DNA of 63,937 nt, taken from positions 1 through 63,937 of the IMG/VR virus record IMGVR_UViG_3300037483_000247. One strand, 5' to 3'. The notes beneath the pieces are model-generated. The model saw only the letters and a program-made list of their open reading frames with translations, had not been told where the DNA came from and did no database searches. The position numbers were made by a program, and so were the translations under genes. Positions 45,959-56,087 of the stretch are shown here, piece by piece. How positions within the stretch are numbered: position 1 is the first letter of the stretch; every line of letters begins with the position of its first letter. The DNA is from a virus. Taxonomy: Duplodnaviria > Caudoviricetes.

Positions 45959-48684
45959 GCGATTTTCTGGTAACCGAAGCTGATGACTTTCTGATTACGG
46001 AGTCCGGTGACTTCCTGATTACCGAAAGCGGAAGCTCGTCTGTTGTCAGCGGATTTGGTTCGATAGTATCGACGACGGCAAAAACAAGTGTGACAGTATC
46101 ATCTTCTGTTTCCGGGTTCGGACAATCACGGGCTGCCGGAACAAAAGATTATTCGACTGCATTTCTTGATTGGTTCGTCGCGCCCGCAAATGATATCGGC
46201 AGGCGATGCATACTTGCTGAACCTGATGTTATGATCGATGGCGTAGAGACTACTCGCTATCTATCAAATACTGGTTACACCAGCACGGCAGCAGATACTC
46301 CCGCGAATCAACTCTATACAGGCCGCATATCTGGTGGAATGCAGTTTACCCGCAGGCTCGATCTTGATGGGTCTGGTAGTAGTATTTCGTTCGGTGATTT
46401 AGAGCTCGACAACGAAGATGGTTCGCTTGACGATTGGCTAAATGATGTATGGGCAGGACGCGCGATAACTATCCCAATGGGCGAGGCGGGTGACGTAGTA
46501 AAGGGTGTCGCAAAATGGCCGCGATCCGCTTTCGAGATTGTATTTTCAGGAACGACCAAGGACATTTTCCCCAAAGCTCGGAACCGTTTGAGCCTGGTAT
46601 TGAGAGATATTTTTGGCCCGCTCAACGATAGATTCTCAACTGCTACAGTAGGAGGAACTGGAGACAACAAGGACGTGTTGCTTCCGGTCTGTCTCGGTGA
46701 GTGCTTCAATGTGACCCCGGTTCTGGTCGATTCGGCAACTCAACAATATGCTGTGCATATAGGAGAAATTGAAAGCATTATCGAGGTCAGAGATAACGGG
46801 ATAGTGGTTGCGGCGACAGCGGATACTACCACTGGCACGTTTACCCTGACTAATGCGCGCTACGGACAGATCACCTGTGACGTTCAGGGTGCCAAGATCA
46901 ATAACGAGTGGCGCAACGATGCGGGTGGATTGATCGAATGGGTAGCGACGGTATTGGGAGACGGCAATGTTATCACTGCCTCTCAAATAGACATTACTGC
47001 GTTGCGGGATTTTCGGGATGCATGCCCGCAGCCGCTCGGGCTTTACATCACAGACGGCGGTAACAGACTGGCAATAATGCAGCAGCTCGCTGCTTCTGTG
47101 GGTGCTACGGTAACAACTCGCTCCGATGGAAAAATGATCCTGGTGCGGATTGGGTTTGGAGAATCTGTCGGATCAATCGGCACGCGGGAAATGATCGACG
47201 GAACATTCGCACCTATTGGACGCCCGCAGGTAACGGGTGCTGTTCGGTTGAATGCGGAAAAAAACTGGACGCCGGATTCAATGTTATCCGGTGCGGTCAC
47301 TGCCGAGCAAGTTCCGATACTGACCGACGAATACGTGGTGATTGCTGATTCGGATGCAACAGTAGTTGCAAACTGGAATCAGAGTGGCCTGCCAGTCCCA
47401 ATTGAAAACCTGATGGTGCGTGAATCGGATATCGAGGTCGAGACCGCAAGACGGCTCGCTTTGTCAAAAATTGCGCGGACGATATTTAGCTTCGAGGGCT
47501 TTCCCGAGCTGCTGGATTATGACATCGGCGACACGACCACACTCACGCATCCGCGCTTCGGATTGTCGGCTGGTGTTCCAGCGCAAATTGTAGGCGTTAC
47601 GAATGATTGGTTAGCCGCTCGGGTGAGATTAGAAGTATTGGCAAACGCATCGTTCGGTCTGGCATCGTGGAATGACAATGATAGGACGCGCGGGGTAACT
47701 CTGTCTGCTAGCGACAAGACAGCGACACTTGCTTACAACGGTTCAATGGTTCGCACGACCGCAAAGGGAATGACAGCAGGAAAGTTTTTCCAAGCATTCA
47801 CGGTTACCACAGTCGGTAACCTCGTGTTTGGATTTGTCAAAGACATTGCACCTTTGACCGTAGGAACCGGAAACGGATATTTAGGCTCTGGTGCGTTGAT
47901 GATTGTCAGTTCAGGCAACGTAACCAGCAACTTGACCGCAGACATCACGGCAGACAACACGGGAATGTCCGGTTATAGCGCAGGTGATACCGGAGCGATT
48001 GCGATTGATTTAATAAACGGAAAAGCTTGGTTGAAAAAGAATGACACGTGGTTCAATTCTGGCGATCCAGAAGCCGGGACAAATCCGCAATGGACGTGGA
48101 CTCCGAACTCCTTACACTATGGTCTGATCGTCAGACAGGACGGCGCGACTGGTGGAGTATTAACGCTAACAGAAGATACGCCGCCGACAGGCTACATTCC
48201 GCTTTACAATTCAGCGCCCGCTAGTTTTGTTCGATATTTGCGAATGAAAAACTTTGTTCGGGAAGAACAGGACAACAGTGCTTGCGGCTCCGAATATATG
48301 TTGTTGAGTGGAGCAACTGACGTGACGTCAACCGCAGGTGTGCAATATTCATACGAAACCAATGGATCATACCCGCAGGGAGGTGCAATTGATTTAACCT
48401 TGTTATTGGTGAATAAAGATTTAACTTCCGAAGGCAATTGGGTCGGAACGGTAACGGACAACACCGACTTCTATATCAAGTTTGCGTTGGCGCACGACGC
48501 CGATGTGACGCCTGACGGAATAAAGTTTGCGCGTGCGAAATATGATGCACGTCGAATCGCGACCGATGTTGATATTGAAGGATCGTATGATGACATCACC
48601 TATTTCAACATGGCCGAATTGCGAGACCTCGCGAATGTCACATCGCAGACTTACAGCGAAGTCTATCCATTGGTAACCCCATAA
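45955..48684 (+). CDS. Tail tip/hub protein with C-terminal SPRY-like and beta-sandwich domains
   Basis: P.C.G...NV.P, IGD...L..PRFGL..G; FL.TE.GD N-terminal repeats. Confidence 0.7.
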   Translation: MSDFLVTEADDFLITESGDFLITESGSSSVVSGFGSIVSTTAKTSVTVSSSVSGFGQSRAAGTKDYSTAFLDWFVAPANDIGRRCILAEPDVMIDGVETTRYLSNTGYTSTAADTPANQLYTGRISGGMQFTRRLDLDGSGSSISFGDLELDNEDGSLDDWLNDVWAGRAITIPMGEAGDVVKGVAKWPRSAFEIVFSGTTKDIFPKARNRLSLVLRDIFGPLNDRFSTATVGGTGDNKDVLLPVCLGECFNVTPVLVDSATQQYAVHIGEIESIIEVRDNGIVVAATADTTTGTFTLTNARYGQITCDVQGAKINNEWRNDAGGLIEWVATVLGDGNVITASQIDITALRDFRDACPQPLGLYITDGGNRLAIMQQLAASVGATVTTRSDGKMILVRIGFGESVGSIGTREMIDGTFAPIGRPQVTGAVRLNAEKNWTPDSMLSGAVTAEQVPILTDEYVVIADSDATVVANWNQSGLPVPIENLMVRESDIEVETARRLALSKIARTIFSFEGFPELLDYDIGDTTTLTHPRFGLSAGVPAQIVGVTNDWLAARVRLEVLANASFGLASWNDNDRTRGVTLSASDKTATLAYNGSMVRTTAKGMTAGKFFQAFTVTTVGNLVFGFVKDIAPLTVGTGNGYLGSGALMIVSSGNVTSNLTADITADNTGMSGYSAGDTGAIAIDLINGKAWLKKNDTWFNSGDPEAGTNPQWTWTPNSLHYGLIVRQDGATGGVLTLTEDTPPTGYIPLYNSAPASFVRYLRMKNFVREEQDNSACGSEYMLLSGATDVTSTAGVQYSYETNGSYPQGGAIDLTLLLVNKDLTSEGNWVGTVTDNTDFYIKFALAHDADVTPDGIKFARAKYDARRIATDVDIEGSYDDITYFNMAELRDLANVTSQTYSEVYPLVTP

Positions 48685-49163
48685 TGGCTACGATAGTCTC
48701 CACTCGCATCCTACGCCTGCAAGCGATCACACCGAGAACGCAGGATGTTTCATTGCCAGCGGACGTTGTAATCCCACCGGAGACCGAGATTGCCGGAACC
48801 CCGGCAAGCGATATCGTCGATGATGTAGCGCAAGCACTCGCGGATGCAGCAGCAGCAACAGCTTCTCAAATTGGAGTAGGTCAGACGTGGCAGGACGTAA
48901 AAGATTCTCGCGCTGCCGGAACACCCTACACGAACTCAACCGGCAAACCAATCTTTGTGTCGGTGACAATGGTGAATCTAACGACTAGTTTGGGAGGTTT
49001 TGCCATCGTCGTTGACGGCGTAGTGTTCGGCTATACCGACATGCCGGGCTATCAAGGCGGGATTTGGTCATACGGAAATATGTCTTTGATTATACCGAAT
49101 GGCAGCACGTATCAAATTAATTCGACTAATGGCACATTTTATAGTTGGGCTGAATTGAGATGA
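48684..49163 (+). CDS. Short tail fibre-like protein
   Basis: IGVGQTWQDV..SR..G..YTN.TGKPI...W.ELR. Confidence 0.75.
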   Translation: MATIVSTRILRLQAITPRTQDVSLPADVVIPPETEIAGTPASDIVDDVAQALADAAAATASQIGVGQTWQDVKDSRAAGTPYTNSTGKPIFVSVTMVNLTTSLGGFAIVVDGVVFGYTDMPGYQGGIWSYGNMSLIIPNGSTYQINSTNGTFYSWAELR

Positions 49164-49954
49164 CAACCAACGTTAGATTCATTTGGGATAACCTCGCGGA
49201 TACTGCGACAGCTACGGCAGATGAGGAAGCTGGAACGCTGCTGATCGGCAATACTCAGGAGGATGAGAAAGCCGCGGTATGGCGCTCGACCACAGATGGA
49301 TCGCAGGATATCGATTACCGGTGGAGCGCTGCTCAGGACATAGATAGTATTTGTTTCGCGTGGACAAATTTTACTTCGGCAGCGACTATTATCGTGTACG
49401 GATATTCGACCGAAGCAGGGGATACCGATCTGGTGTTTACATCCGCGACGACATCGCCGGACACAGGACTGACGATAGGAAACGTGACCGCACAAGTCTG
49501 GCTTACCACGAATTACAGTACTATCAAACACATTCGCATCACGATAGCTGATGCGGCTAACCCGGATGGATACCTTGAGGTAAGCCGGGTGTGCATAGGA
49601 AAACGAATTGAACCAGTGGTGAATGCAAATCAGAACGGATTTACTATCGGCTGGAAAGAGCAGACGAGACCAGTCCGCGCTGAATCTCTTGATCTTCGAG
49701 TTGAACCTCTAGGACGCTATCGTTGGATGCGTTTGAATCTGACGCAGCTCGAAGCCGCTTCACGCGATTTGATTGTCGATATGGTCGCCGCTGGTCTCGG
49801 ACGTGGCGTGTGGGTATCAGCTTTCCCGGAACATTCAGGCGCATCAACGAGACAGCTTCATTCATTTTGGGGCGCGCTCGTGCAAGACGTTGATATGGGA
49901 TATCCGAATCTCGATACCTGGTCGGCTCCGCTGGTGTTTGAAGAAATGGCGTAG
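49160..49954 (+). CDS. Distal tail / tail-associated protein
   Basis: VWRS, I.I.D..N.DGY.E.SR. Confidence 0.65.
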   Translation: MTTNVRFIWDNLADTATATADEEAGTLLIGNTQEDEKAAVWRSTTDGSQDIDYRWSAAQDIDSICFAWTNFTSAATIIVYGYSTEAGDTDLVFTSATTSPDTGLTIGNVTAQVWLTTNYSTIKHIRITIADAANPDGYLEVSRVCIGKRIEPVVNANQNGFTIGWKEQTRPVRAESLDLRVEPLGRYRWMRLNLTQLEAASRDLIVDMVAAGLGRGVWVSAFPEHSGASTRQLHSFWGALVQDVDMGYPNLDTWSAPLVFEEMA

Positions 49955-49965
49955 AGGAAAACGAA

Positions 49966-51999
49966 ATGGCAGAAATCAGATTTAGCGGAGTAACACCAGT
50001 TCCAGGTGGGCTTGCAAAAGTCACCGATACGCTTGTCATTGTTCAGAGCGGTGTCAGTTACAGCGCGACACTCGCACAGCTATTAGCCGCGGCTGGATCA
50101 ACGACTGTTAGTATCGCTACCGGAGCCAGCGTTGCTCTCAATGTCGGCCATGCGAGCGGAGCCAATGCCATTGCTGGCGTTACCACGTTTAGCGAGGGCG
50201 TGACGCTATCGAGTGCCCTGACCTATGGTGGAGTCACTCTCACCAATGCAGTCACCGGCACCGGCAAGATGGTGCTCGACACAAGCAACACGCAGACATC
50301 TCCGATAATAAACACGAGCATCATCGCCGGGTCTGCCACGATGGGGCTGCTCGACTCGGTTGCGACGACGATCAACTTTGGATCGGCGGCCAGTGTCGGG
50401 ATCAACATCGGCCACGCGAGCGGCACGAACACGATACTGGGCGCGACGAGCTTCAGCCAAGCATCGACCTTCTCCGCAGGCGCAGTAATCGCCGCCTCTC
50501 AAGCCCTGACCGGCACAGTAGCTAACAGCACGATCTCAGGCTTCCTGAGTTACAACAAGATCACTCTTACCACCCCTGCAACTGGGGCAACGCTGACTCT
50601 CGCGGACGGCAAGACCGCGACGATAAACGAGACGATCACGATCAGCGGCACGGACGGCAGCACGCTCGCAACCGGGACCGCCGGCACCAAGACGTTCCCG
50701 GACGGAACCGACACCTTGGTCGGCTACACGTTGTTGTCGCAGGTGCTGGGTATCTCGACCGCCATTAATGACATCGGCACCGCGGGCGCCGTTGGGTTTG
50801 GGGTTGGCATTTGCCCCAGCGTGCCGGCGGGGTTCACGCCGATGTCCGGGCACACTCAGCCCGGCTCGGACAGCTACGGCAATTATCAGTATTCGGACGG
50901 CTCGGTGATGGTCTGGATCCCGGCTATCTACTATAAGTGGGGCACCGGGGCGAACGGCCTCGCGATCAACGCCGTGGACATCAAACCCAACTCCGCTTAC
51001 GCCAATGAGGCCGCCGCCAACGCGGACGGGTATGCGCTGCACCGCGCGGACTATGACAACGGGGTGCCGCAACTCGGGGAATTCGTGGACAAGTACCTCT
51101 GTTCCAACAACGCGGGCACCGCGAGCAGCCTGAAAAACGGCAATCCGCTCTCCAGCAGCGCCGCGCATAACTCATTCTCCGGCCTGACCGGCGCTCCCGC
51201 CAATTTCTACTACGGCGCGATTGCGGCCGCACAGACGCGCGGTGCGAATTTCTTCTGTAATTCCCGCTTCATCTTCGCCAAATTGGCGATGCTTTCCTAC
51301 GCGCACGCGGCCGCCAGCACTGCCACGACGTTCTGCGGCTTCTATAACGCCACCTATAACACGCCCAAGGGCTGCAACAACAATGCGCTCGGCGACGACC
51401 GCGATGCCACGCTCACGTTCGTGTCGGATGGCTACAGCAACGCCGCCAAGACCGGAAGCGCGAACTATTTCAGCCGCACCACGCACAACGGCCAGAATTC
51501 CGGCGTCTGCGATCTGAACGGCTGCATGTGGGAAGTCACGCCCGGACTCGTAACCGAGACCGCCGGCACGACCTACTACGTGCTCAAGACCGCCGCCCAG
51601 ATGAAGAGCATGACGGCCGGCGTCGGGGGCGCGCTCGACTTGTGGGGAACCGCTGCGCAGCTCGCGGCAAACTACGACAGCCTCGGCGCGACCTATGGCG
51701 CGGCCGTGGCGTCGAGCAGCGCCAAGCTATACGGCAATGCCGCGCAGGTATTCTCCGAGGCCACGAGTGGCGATGCCTGGAAATGGACGGGACTCGGCGG
51801 CCCACTTGTCGGCGGGGTTGGCGGCACAAACGCCTTCGGGTCGGATGGGTTCTGGGACTATCGCCCTGCCGACATGTGCCCGAGCTCCGGCGGTAGCTGG
51901 AGCAACTCGTCGAGCGCGGGGGTGTGGGCGTTGAATCTCAGCCCTGTGCGGGGCAGCTCCGCCGCTAACGTGGGGTTTCGCGCGGCCTTGTATCTCTGA
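49966..51999 (+). CDS. Tail fibre / receptor-binding protein with C-terminal CLec (Mtd/FGE-like) DGR-type variable region
   Basis: DLNG.MWE; C-terminus GG.W.....AGVW...L...R..S..NVGFR.A. Confidence 0.85.
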   Translation: MAEIRFSGVTPVPGGLAKVTDTLVIVQSGVSYSATLAQLLAAAGSTTVSIATGASVALNVGHASGANAIAGVTTFSEGVTLSSALTYGGVTLTNAVTGTGKMVLDTSNTQTSPIINTSIIAGSATMGLLDSVATTINFGSAASVGINIGHASGTNTILGATSFSQASTFSAGAVIAASQALTGTVANSTISGFLSYNKITLTTPATGATLTLADGKTATINETITISGTDGSTLATGTAGTKTFPDGTDTLVGYTLLSQVLGISTAINDIGTAGAVGFGVGICPSVPAGFTPMSGHTQPGSDSYGNYQYSDGSVMVWIPAIYYKWGTGANGLAINAVDIKPNSAYANEAAANADGYALHRADYDNGVPQLGEFVDKYLCSNNAGTASSLKNGNPLSSSAAHNSFSGLTGAPANFYYGAIAAAQTRGANFFCNSRFIFAKLAMLSYAHAAASTATTFCGFYNATYNTPKGCNNNALGDDRDATLTFVSDGYSNAAKTGSANYFSRTTHNGQNSGVCDLNGCMWEVTPGLVTETAGTTYYVLKTAAQMKSMTAGVGGALDLWGTAAQLAANYDSLGATYGAAVASSSAKLYGNAAQVFSEATSGDAWKWTGLGGPLVGGVGGTNAFGSDGFWDYRPADMCPSSGGSWSNSSSAGVWALNLSPVRGSSAANVGFRAALYL

Positions 52000-52000
52000 G

Positions 52001-52023
52001 GCCCCGAGCGATAGCGATGGGGC
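52001..52023 (+). promoter_or_regulatory. Hairpin just downstream of the VR (DGR target-recognition hairpin position)
   Basis: GCCCC-GAGCGATAGCGAT-GGGGC. Confidence 0.5.
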
Positions 52024-52161
52024 TACACGATGAAGCCAAACTCGACCAGAAATTCATTGCAACACCTGCTGCGTTATCTCAAGGAGCAAAACCATGCCCT
52101 CCATCGTCAGCTACCGAAAGTATATCGACGCCCAAGTCACGCGCGAGCTGCGGCTGCCTGA
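52017..52161 (+). pseudogene. Fused remnant of the DGR avd 5' end and reverse transcriptase 3' end
   Basis: MGLHDEAKLDQKFI, then in another frame SLQHLLRYLKEQNHALHRQLPKVY; frames meet at TCATTG 52054-52059. Confidence 0.65.
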
Positions 52162-52513
52162 AGATACGGAGACGCGCCAGCGCCTGGGCACCGAGCTGGC
52201 CACGATCGAGGGTGTGACCTACGTGAGCCTGCCCGATGGCGTCACGTTGCCGGCCGAGCAGCCGCAGGAGATCGCTGCGAATGTGAGCACGGTAAAGCTC
52301 ACCGATGCCCTGCGCGATGCGATCAAAGCCGCGAGCCCGCATGTGAGGTTGATCAACGAGCGCGTGCAAACGGCAATCTCCGAGCGCTACTCGATGGCCG
52401 ATGAGCTGAAACTGCTGAGGACTGCGCCGAGCGCGGAATTCACCGCCTACAACGCCTACGCGGAGGAATGCCGGGCGTGGGGCCGGGCGGAGAAGGCGAA
52501 GCTGGGGCTTTGA
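52094..52513 (+). CDS. Tail fibre-associated protein (chaperone-like)
   Basis: SD AAGGAG; I..RYS..DE...Y..Y.E.CR.W. Confidence 0.75.
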   Translation: MPSIVSYRKYIDAQVTRELRLPEDTETRQRLGTELATIEGVTYVSLPDGVTLPAEQPQEIAANVSTVKLTDALRDAIKAASPHVRLINERVQTAISERYSMADELKLLRTAPSAEFTAYNAYAEECRAWGRAEKAKLGL

Positions 52514-52571
52514 GATTCAATCAACGCCTACACCATCGCGCAGTTGAGCGCACGTTAACTAAGGAGGCAAG

Positions 52572-52985
52572 ATGAAACTCACGGCAGGACAGGTTTACGG
52601 AGCAATCGAAACGATCAAGAAACTCGAAGCGGTCAAACTGCCGCTGAAGGGCAAGTATTGGATCGGCAGGGTAAGCGATGCGCTCTCGACGGAATACACC
52701 CGGATCATGACAGAGCGAAACGAGCTAATCAAGGAATATGGCGAGGAAGTGAACGGGCAAGCTACTATCTCGCACACGCTTGAGACCGAGAAGGATGGGG
52801 TGAAAACAATCGTGATAAACCCGAAGCTGATTGAATTCTCCAAGGATTTTAATACTGTTCTCGAACAGGAGATCGAGGTAAATTGTCCAAAAGTTAAACT
52901 GTCCGACCTCGGCAGCGGCGATACGGAAGTTGATCTCACTGCGTTGCTGCCATTCATTGACGACGAACAGGAGAAACCGAAGTGA
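52572..52985 (+). CDS. Hypothetical protein (DUF1617-like)
   Basis: LP.K..Y.I.R, R.ELI.EYG. Confidence 0.6.
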   Translation: MKLTAGQVYGAIETIKKLEAVKLPLKGKYWIGRVSDALSTEYTRIMTERNELIKEYGEEVNGQATISHTLETEKDGVKTIVINPKLIEFSKDFNTVLEQEIEVNCPKVKLSDLGSGDTEVDLTALLPFIDDEQEKPK

Positions 52986-53428
52986 TCAACTGGTGGCCGC
53001 CCTGCATCATCGTCTACACCGACAAGCTGCCGGCCGGTGTCGGCGGCGATATTCGAGGGCTGGTCGTGCGTCTACGCCCGAAGTATGAAGGCGATCTCGG
53101 GCTGCTGCATCACGAGCTGACCCATGTGTGGCAGTTCGAGATTCCGATCGTTATCGGTGCTGTCATCGCCGCGCTGCTGTTCCATTTTGGCTACCAGCAG
53201 GCAGCACCCTTCGCACTTGCAATCGGCATAGCTGCTCATCCTGTGCTCTACAAATTTGTGCGAGCATACCGGCAATGGGCCGAGGTAACAGCGTCTGTCG
53301 TGCAGAGATATTGGCCCAGGATGGACGGCACGTATCTATCGCTCGACGATGCGGCTTACAGGCTGACCGATGAACGATATAAGCTGGGACTTACGTTGAG
53401 TGAAGCACGGGAACTGTTGAAAGGATAA
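52982..53428 (+). CDS. HExxH membrane metallopeptidase-like protein
   Basis: HHELTHVWQ followed by two TM segments and a distal E. Confidence 0.6.
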   Translation: MINWWPPCIIVYTDKLPAGVGGDIRGLVVRLRPKYEGDLGLLHHELTHVWQFEIPIVIGAVIAALLFHFGYQQAAPFALAIGIAAHPVLYKFVRAYRQWAEVTASVVQRYWPRMDGTYLSLDDAAYRLTDERYKLGLTLSEARELLKG

Positions 53429-53431
53429 ATC

Positions 53432-53677
53432 ATGGTTGACGACACAGATCAAACGATAGGCCGGATTGAAGGCAAGCTGGATGCATTGACGGTCTCGGTG
53501 CAGTCCTACCAGATTTCCCATAATATGCGCCATCAAATTATTGACCAACACATTGACAGCATCAAGGCCGACATTAACATGGCAAAAGGTGCGAAGGGAG
53601 CGATTATTGCGATGGTTGCAACCGTGTCGGCAGTTACGAGTGCCGGAATTATAGCGGCGCTGAGATGGTTCAGATGA
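53432..53677 (+). CDS. Holin/antiholin-like (coiled coil plus C-terminal TM)
   Basis: IGRIEGKLD; C-terminal hydrophobic helix. Confidence 0.5.
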   Translation: MVDDTDQTIGRIEGKLDALTVSVQSYQISHNMRHQIIDQHIDSIKADINMAKGAKGAIIAMVATVSAVTSAGIIAALRWFR

Positions 53678-53979
53678 ACGACGCGGAACATGGATGGACG
53701 CTTGAGACGCTCAAGACATTGATGGACGAGCGGGACAGGCGTTACGGCGAGGTTTCCACAGCCAAGGAAAAAGCTGTCGAGGTTGCTCTTGCCAACGCGG
53801 AAAAGGCCGTCATGGTGAGCGAGCGCAACGCTGAAAAGTGGCGCGACAATGCAAACGAGTGGCGCGAGGCGATGACCGATCGTGAGAGAAATTTTCTACC
53901 ACGAAGTATCGGATATATCATTGCCGCGCTGACGTGCATTAGTTTGTTTATCTCATTTGTAGAGAGATTCCCAAAATGA
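53674..53979 (+). CDS. Coiled-coil protein with C-terminal TM
   Basis: ERD.RY...EKAV..A...AEKA...NEWR. Confidence 0.55.
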   Translation: MNDAEHGWTLETLKTLMDERDRRYGEVSTAKEKAVEVALANAEKAVMVSERNAEKWRDNANEWREAMTDRERNFLPRSIGYIIAALTCISLFISFVERFPK

Positions 53980-54098
53980 AACCCGCTCTCCTTGCTATCC
54001 TCCTGCTCTCCGGTTGCTCATTCATGGAGTCTGCGTATATGTGCGCGAACACCGAGCCGGGGACGCAGGTTCATTCTCCGTTTTGTCCCAATCAATGA
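53976..54098 (+). CDS. 40-aa lipoprotein (MKPALLAILLLSGC...)
   Basis: Translated by hand; lipobox LSGC; ATGA overlaps at both ends. Confidence 0.6.
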   Translation: MKPALLAILLLSGCSFMESAYMCANTEPGTQVHSPFCPNQ

Positions 54099-54283
54099 AT
54101 ACCTGCAAATACGGTGATCCAGAATGTTCATGTCTCAAGCAGGAGGACTACCGGCATGGTCCACCTCCTGCCGCATGGCTGGCGGGAATGCGTAGGGCTG
54201 CGGATGTCTGTGCGCAGATGCGTCACAGTTGGGGCGAGGAAATCGTGCCGGTGCTGCTCAAGGAAATTGAGGCTCTGAAATGA
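54095..54283 (+). CDS. Hypothetical protein
   Basis: Coupled ORF. Confidence 0.5.
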   Translation: MNTCKYGDPECSCLKQEDYRHGPPPAAWLAGMRRAADVCAQMRHSWGEEIVPVLLKEIEALK

Positions 54284-54522
54284 GATACGGTATCCTCGTG
54301 TTGCTGTTCGTCGCCATATCGGCCGGCGCCGCAGAAGCCCCGACAGCTCAGATCGAGGTGCAGCCCGACGGCAGCAGCATCATCCGGCTGACCGCGGAGC
54401 AGACGGTGCATTGCGTAGAAAATGATGGATGCCTGTTATTGACTCCTCTGGAGATAGCGATGGTAGTCCAGTATATGTTCGAGAAATTTTGCCGCGGCGA
54501 AAAGACGAGCGTGCGAAGATGA
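54280..54522 (+). CDS. Small secreted protein
   Basis: Signal peptide ending AGA-A. Confidence 0.55.
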   Translation: MRYGILVLLFVAISAGAAEAPTAQIEVQPDGSSIIRLTAEQTVHCVENDGCLLLTPLEIAMVVQYMFEKFCRGEKTSVRR

Positions 54523-54842
54523 GCGAACGCCGCGCCAGTAGCACTCTTCGCCGGCAGATTAACGAGTTCGGTATGCACGGCGGGGAGGTGCAGGAGTCCA
54601 AGATTTGGGCGCAAATCGGCAAGGGTCTGTGCGTATGGCTAATCTGGAAATATGCTGACGCGCTGATCACGCATGAAAATGTGTTGTTCGTTTTGATGCT
54701 CTTCTTGATCTTCCCAGAGCTAATCAAAAAATTCATCACAATGCGCTATGGAGGAAACAGGCATAGCGAATACAGGGAGCACACCGAAAGCAGCAGGACG
54801 ATTACTCCCGTCAAAGACGGTGAATTGAAGGAGGGCGCATGA
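54519..54842 (+). CDS. Holin-like two-TM protein
   Basis: SK.W..IG, two hydrophobic segments, directly before the endolysin. Confidence 0.6.
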   Translation: MSERRASSTLRRQINEFGMHGGEVQESKIWAQIGKGLCVWLIWKYADALITHENVLFVLMLFLIFPELIKKFITMRYGGNRHSEYREHTESSRTITPVKDGELKEGA

Positions 54843-55288
54843 ACATGAAGAGGTTGAGCAATCATTTCTTTCTCGATGAATTCACGCACTCCCAAATTGC
54901 GGTGCGGGAAGAAATCGATAATACTCCCAACGCCGAACATTTGGCGAACCTTTCAGATCTTGCCATGGCGCTTGAGGATGTGAGGAGTTTACTAGACTGC
55001 CCGATCTACATCAGCTCCGGCTATCGGTCTCCGAAGTTGAACGTGGCGGCAAAGGGTTCCAAATCGTCGGCGCACTGTCGCGGGATGGCAGCTGATTTTA
55101 CGGCTAGACAATTCGGGACACCGGAGGATGTGTGTCGCAAGATCGAAGCATCGGGACTGGAATTCGATCAGCTCATTCTAGAGTTTTTCCAGTGGACGCA
55201 TTTCTCTATTGATCCCCGCATGCGCCGACAGGTGCTGACAGCACACCGGGCAAACGGGCAAGTAAGCTACACGCAGGGGATAGGATGA
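54839..55288 (+). CDS. Endolysin, peptidase M15A family
   Basis: SSGYRS..LN, S.H..G.AAD, FDQLI.E, W.H.S. Confidence 0.9.
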   Translation: MNMKRLSNHFFLDEFTHSQIAVREEIDNTPNAEHLANLSDLAMALEDVRSLLDCPIYISSGYRSPKLNVAAKGSKSSAHCRGMAADFTARQFGTPEDVCRKIEASGLEFDQLILEFFQWTHFSIDPRMRRQVLTAHRANGQVSYTQGIG

Positions 55289-55650
55289 TAATTTCCCCGA
55301 CCATGTATGTTGCTGCCGGCGCCGGGCTGGTGATCCTCGTGCTTAGTGCTGCGGTCACGGTCCAGTCATCCCGGCTCGACGCGTGCAAATCCAAAGCCAA
55401 TGCCCAGAAGCTCATGATCCAGACCCTCGGGGCACAGATCGAGCAGCAGAATCAGGCAGTTACAGCCGCCGAACTGGCGACCAAGCAAGCCCAAGCCAAG
55501 GGGGCTGCCGCACGCCGGCAGGCTGAGAAAGCCACCGAGCCGTTGCTCGATCAGATCAGCAGGCTGGCGGAACTAGTCAAACATCGCGGGGAAGGGGCTA
55601 AATCGTGCGAATCCGGGGTTCAGGACGCCCGTGCGGCGCTTACCCCATGA
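55285..55650 (+). CDS. i-spanin (Rz-like)
   Basis: N-terminal TM plus coiled coil after the endolysin. Confidence 0.75.
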   Translation: MIISPTMYVAAGAGLVILVLSAAVTVQSSRLDACKSKANAQKLMIQTLGAQIEQQNQAVTAAELATKQAQAKGAAARRQAEKATEPLLDQISRLAELVKHRGEGAKSCESGVQDARAALTP

Positions 55651-55910
55651 CCAGGGTTCTAGTCCTCGCCACGGCCTTCCTGACAGCCTTCCTCGCGGGG
55701 TGTGCTGTTGAGCCGGTCCTACCGACGGTCGTCAAAGTGCCCGTGATTACGCCGTGCATCACCGAGCCGGTCAAACAGCCTATTTTTATCACCGATGCTG
55801 ATTTGCTCCAGCTCGATGAGTACGGATTCATTGTCGGCCTGGCTCGCGATCGGCTTGAGCGGAAAAAATACGAGCTGGCGCTAGAAGCGGCTCTGGCTGG
55901 GTGCATCTGA
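55647..55910 (+). CDS. o-spanin lipoprotein (Rz1-like)
   Basis: Lipobox LAGC, V.VPV..PC, C-terminal L.GC. Confidence 0.8.
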   Translation: MTRVLVLATAFLTAFLAGCAVEPVLPTVVKVPVITPCITEPVKQPIFITDADLLQLDEYGFIVGLARDRLERKKYELALEAALAGCI

Positions 55911-56087
55911 TCGCATGGGTCGGCTGCTAACCGGTGGCCGGCCTTTCCCTTTGCGCTGCTTCTCTTTCCATTTACGCCAGCACGCTGCCCGGTGCGATGC
56001 GAGTCCGAGAGACTGGAACCACTGATAGCAATACGGGCACTGCTTCATTCTTCACTCTCCTATCTACCGGCTATCCGCGCCGTGCGG

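Noticed and set aside
49966-52513. Active DGR
   Set aside because: No template repeat and no reverse transcriptase ORF seen anywhere in the window
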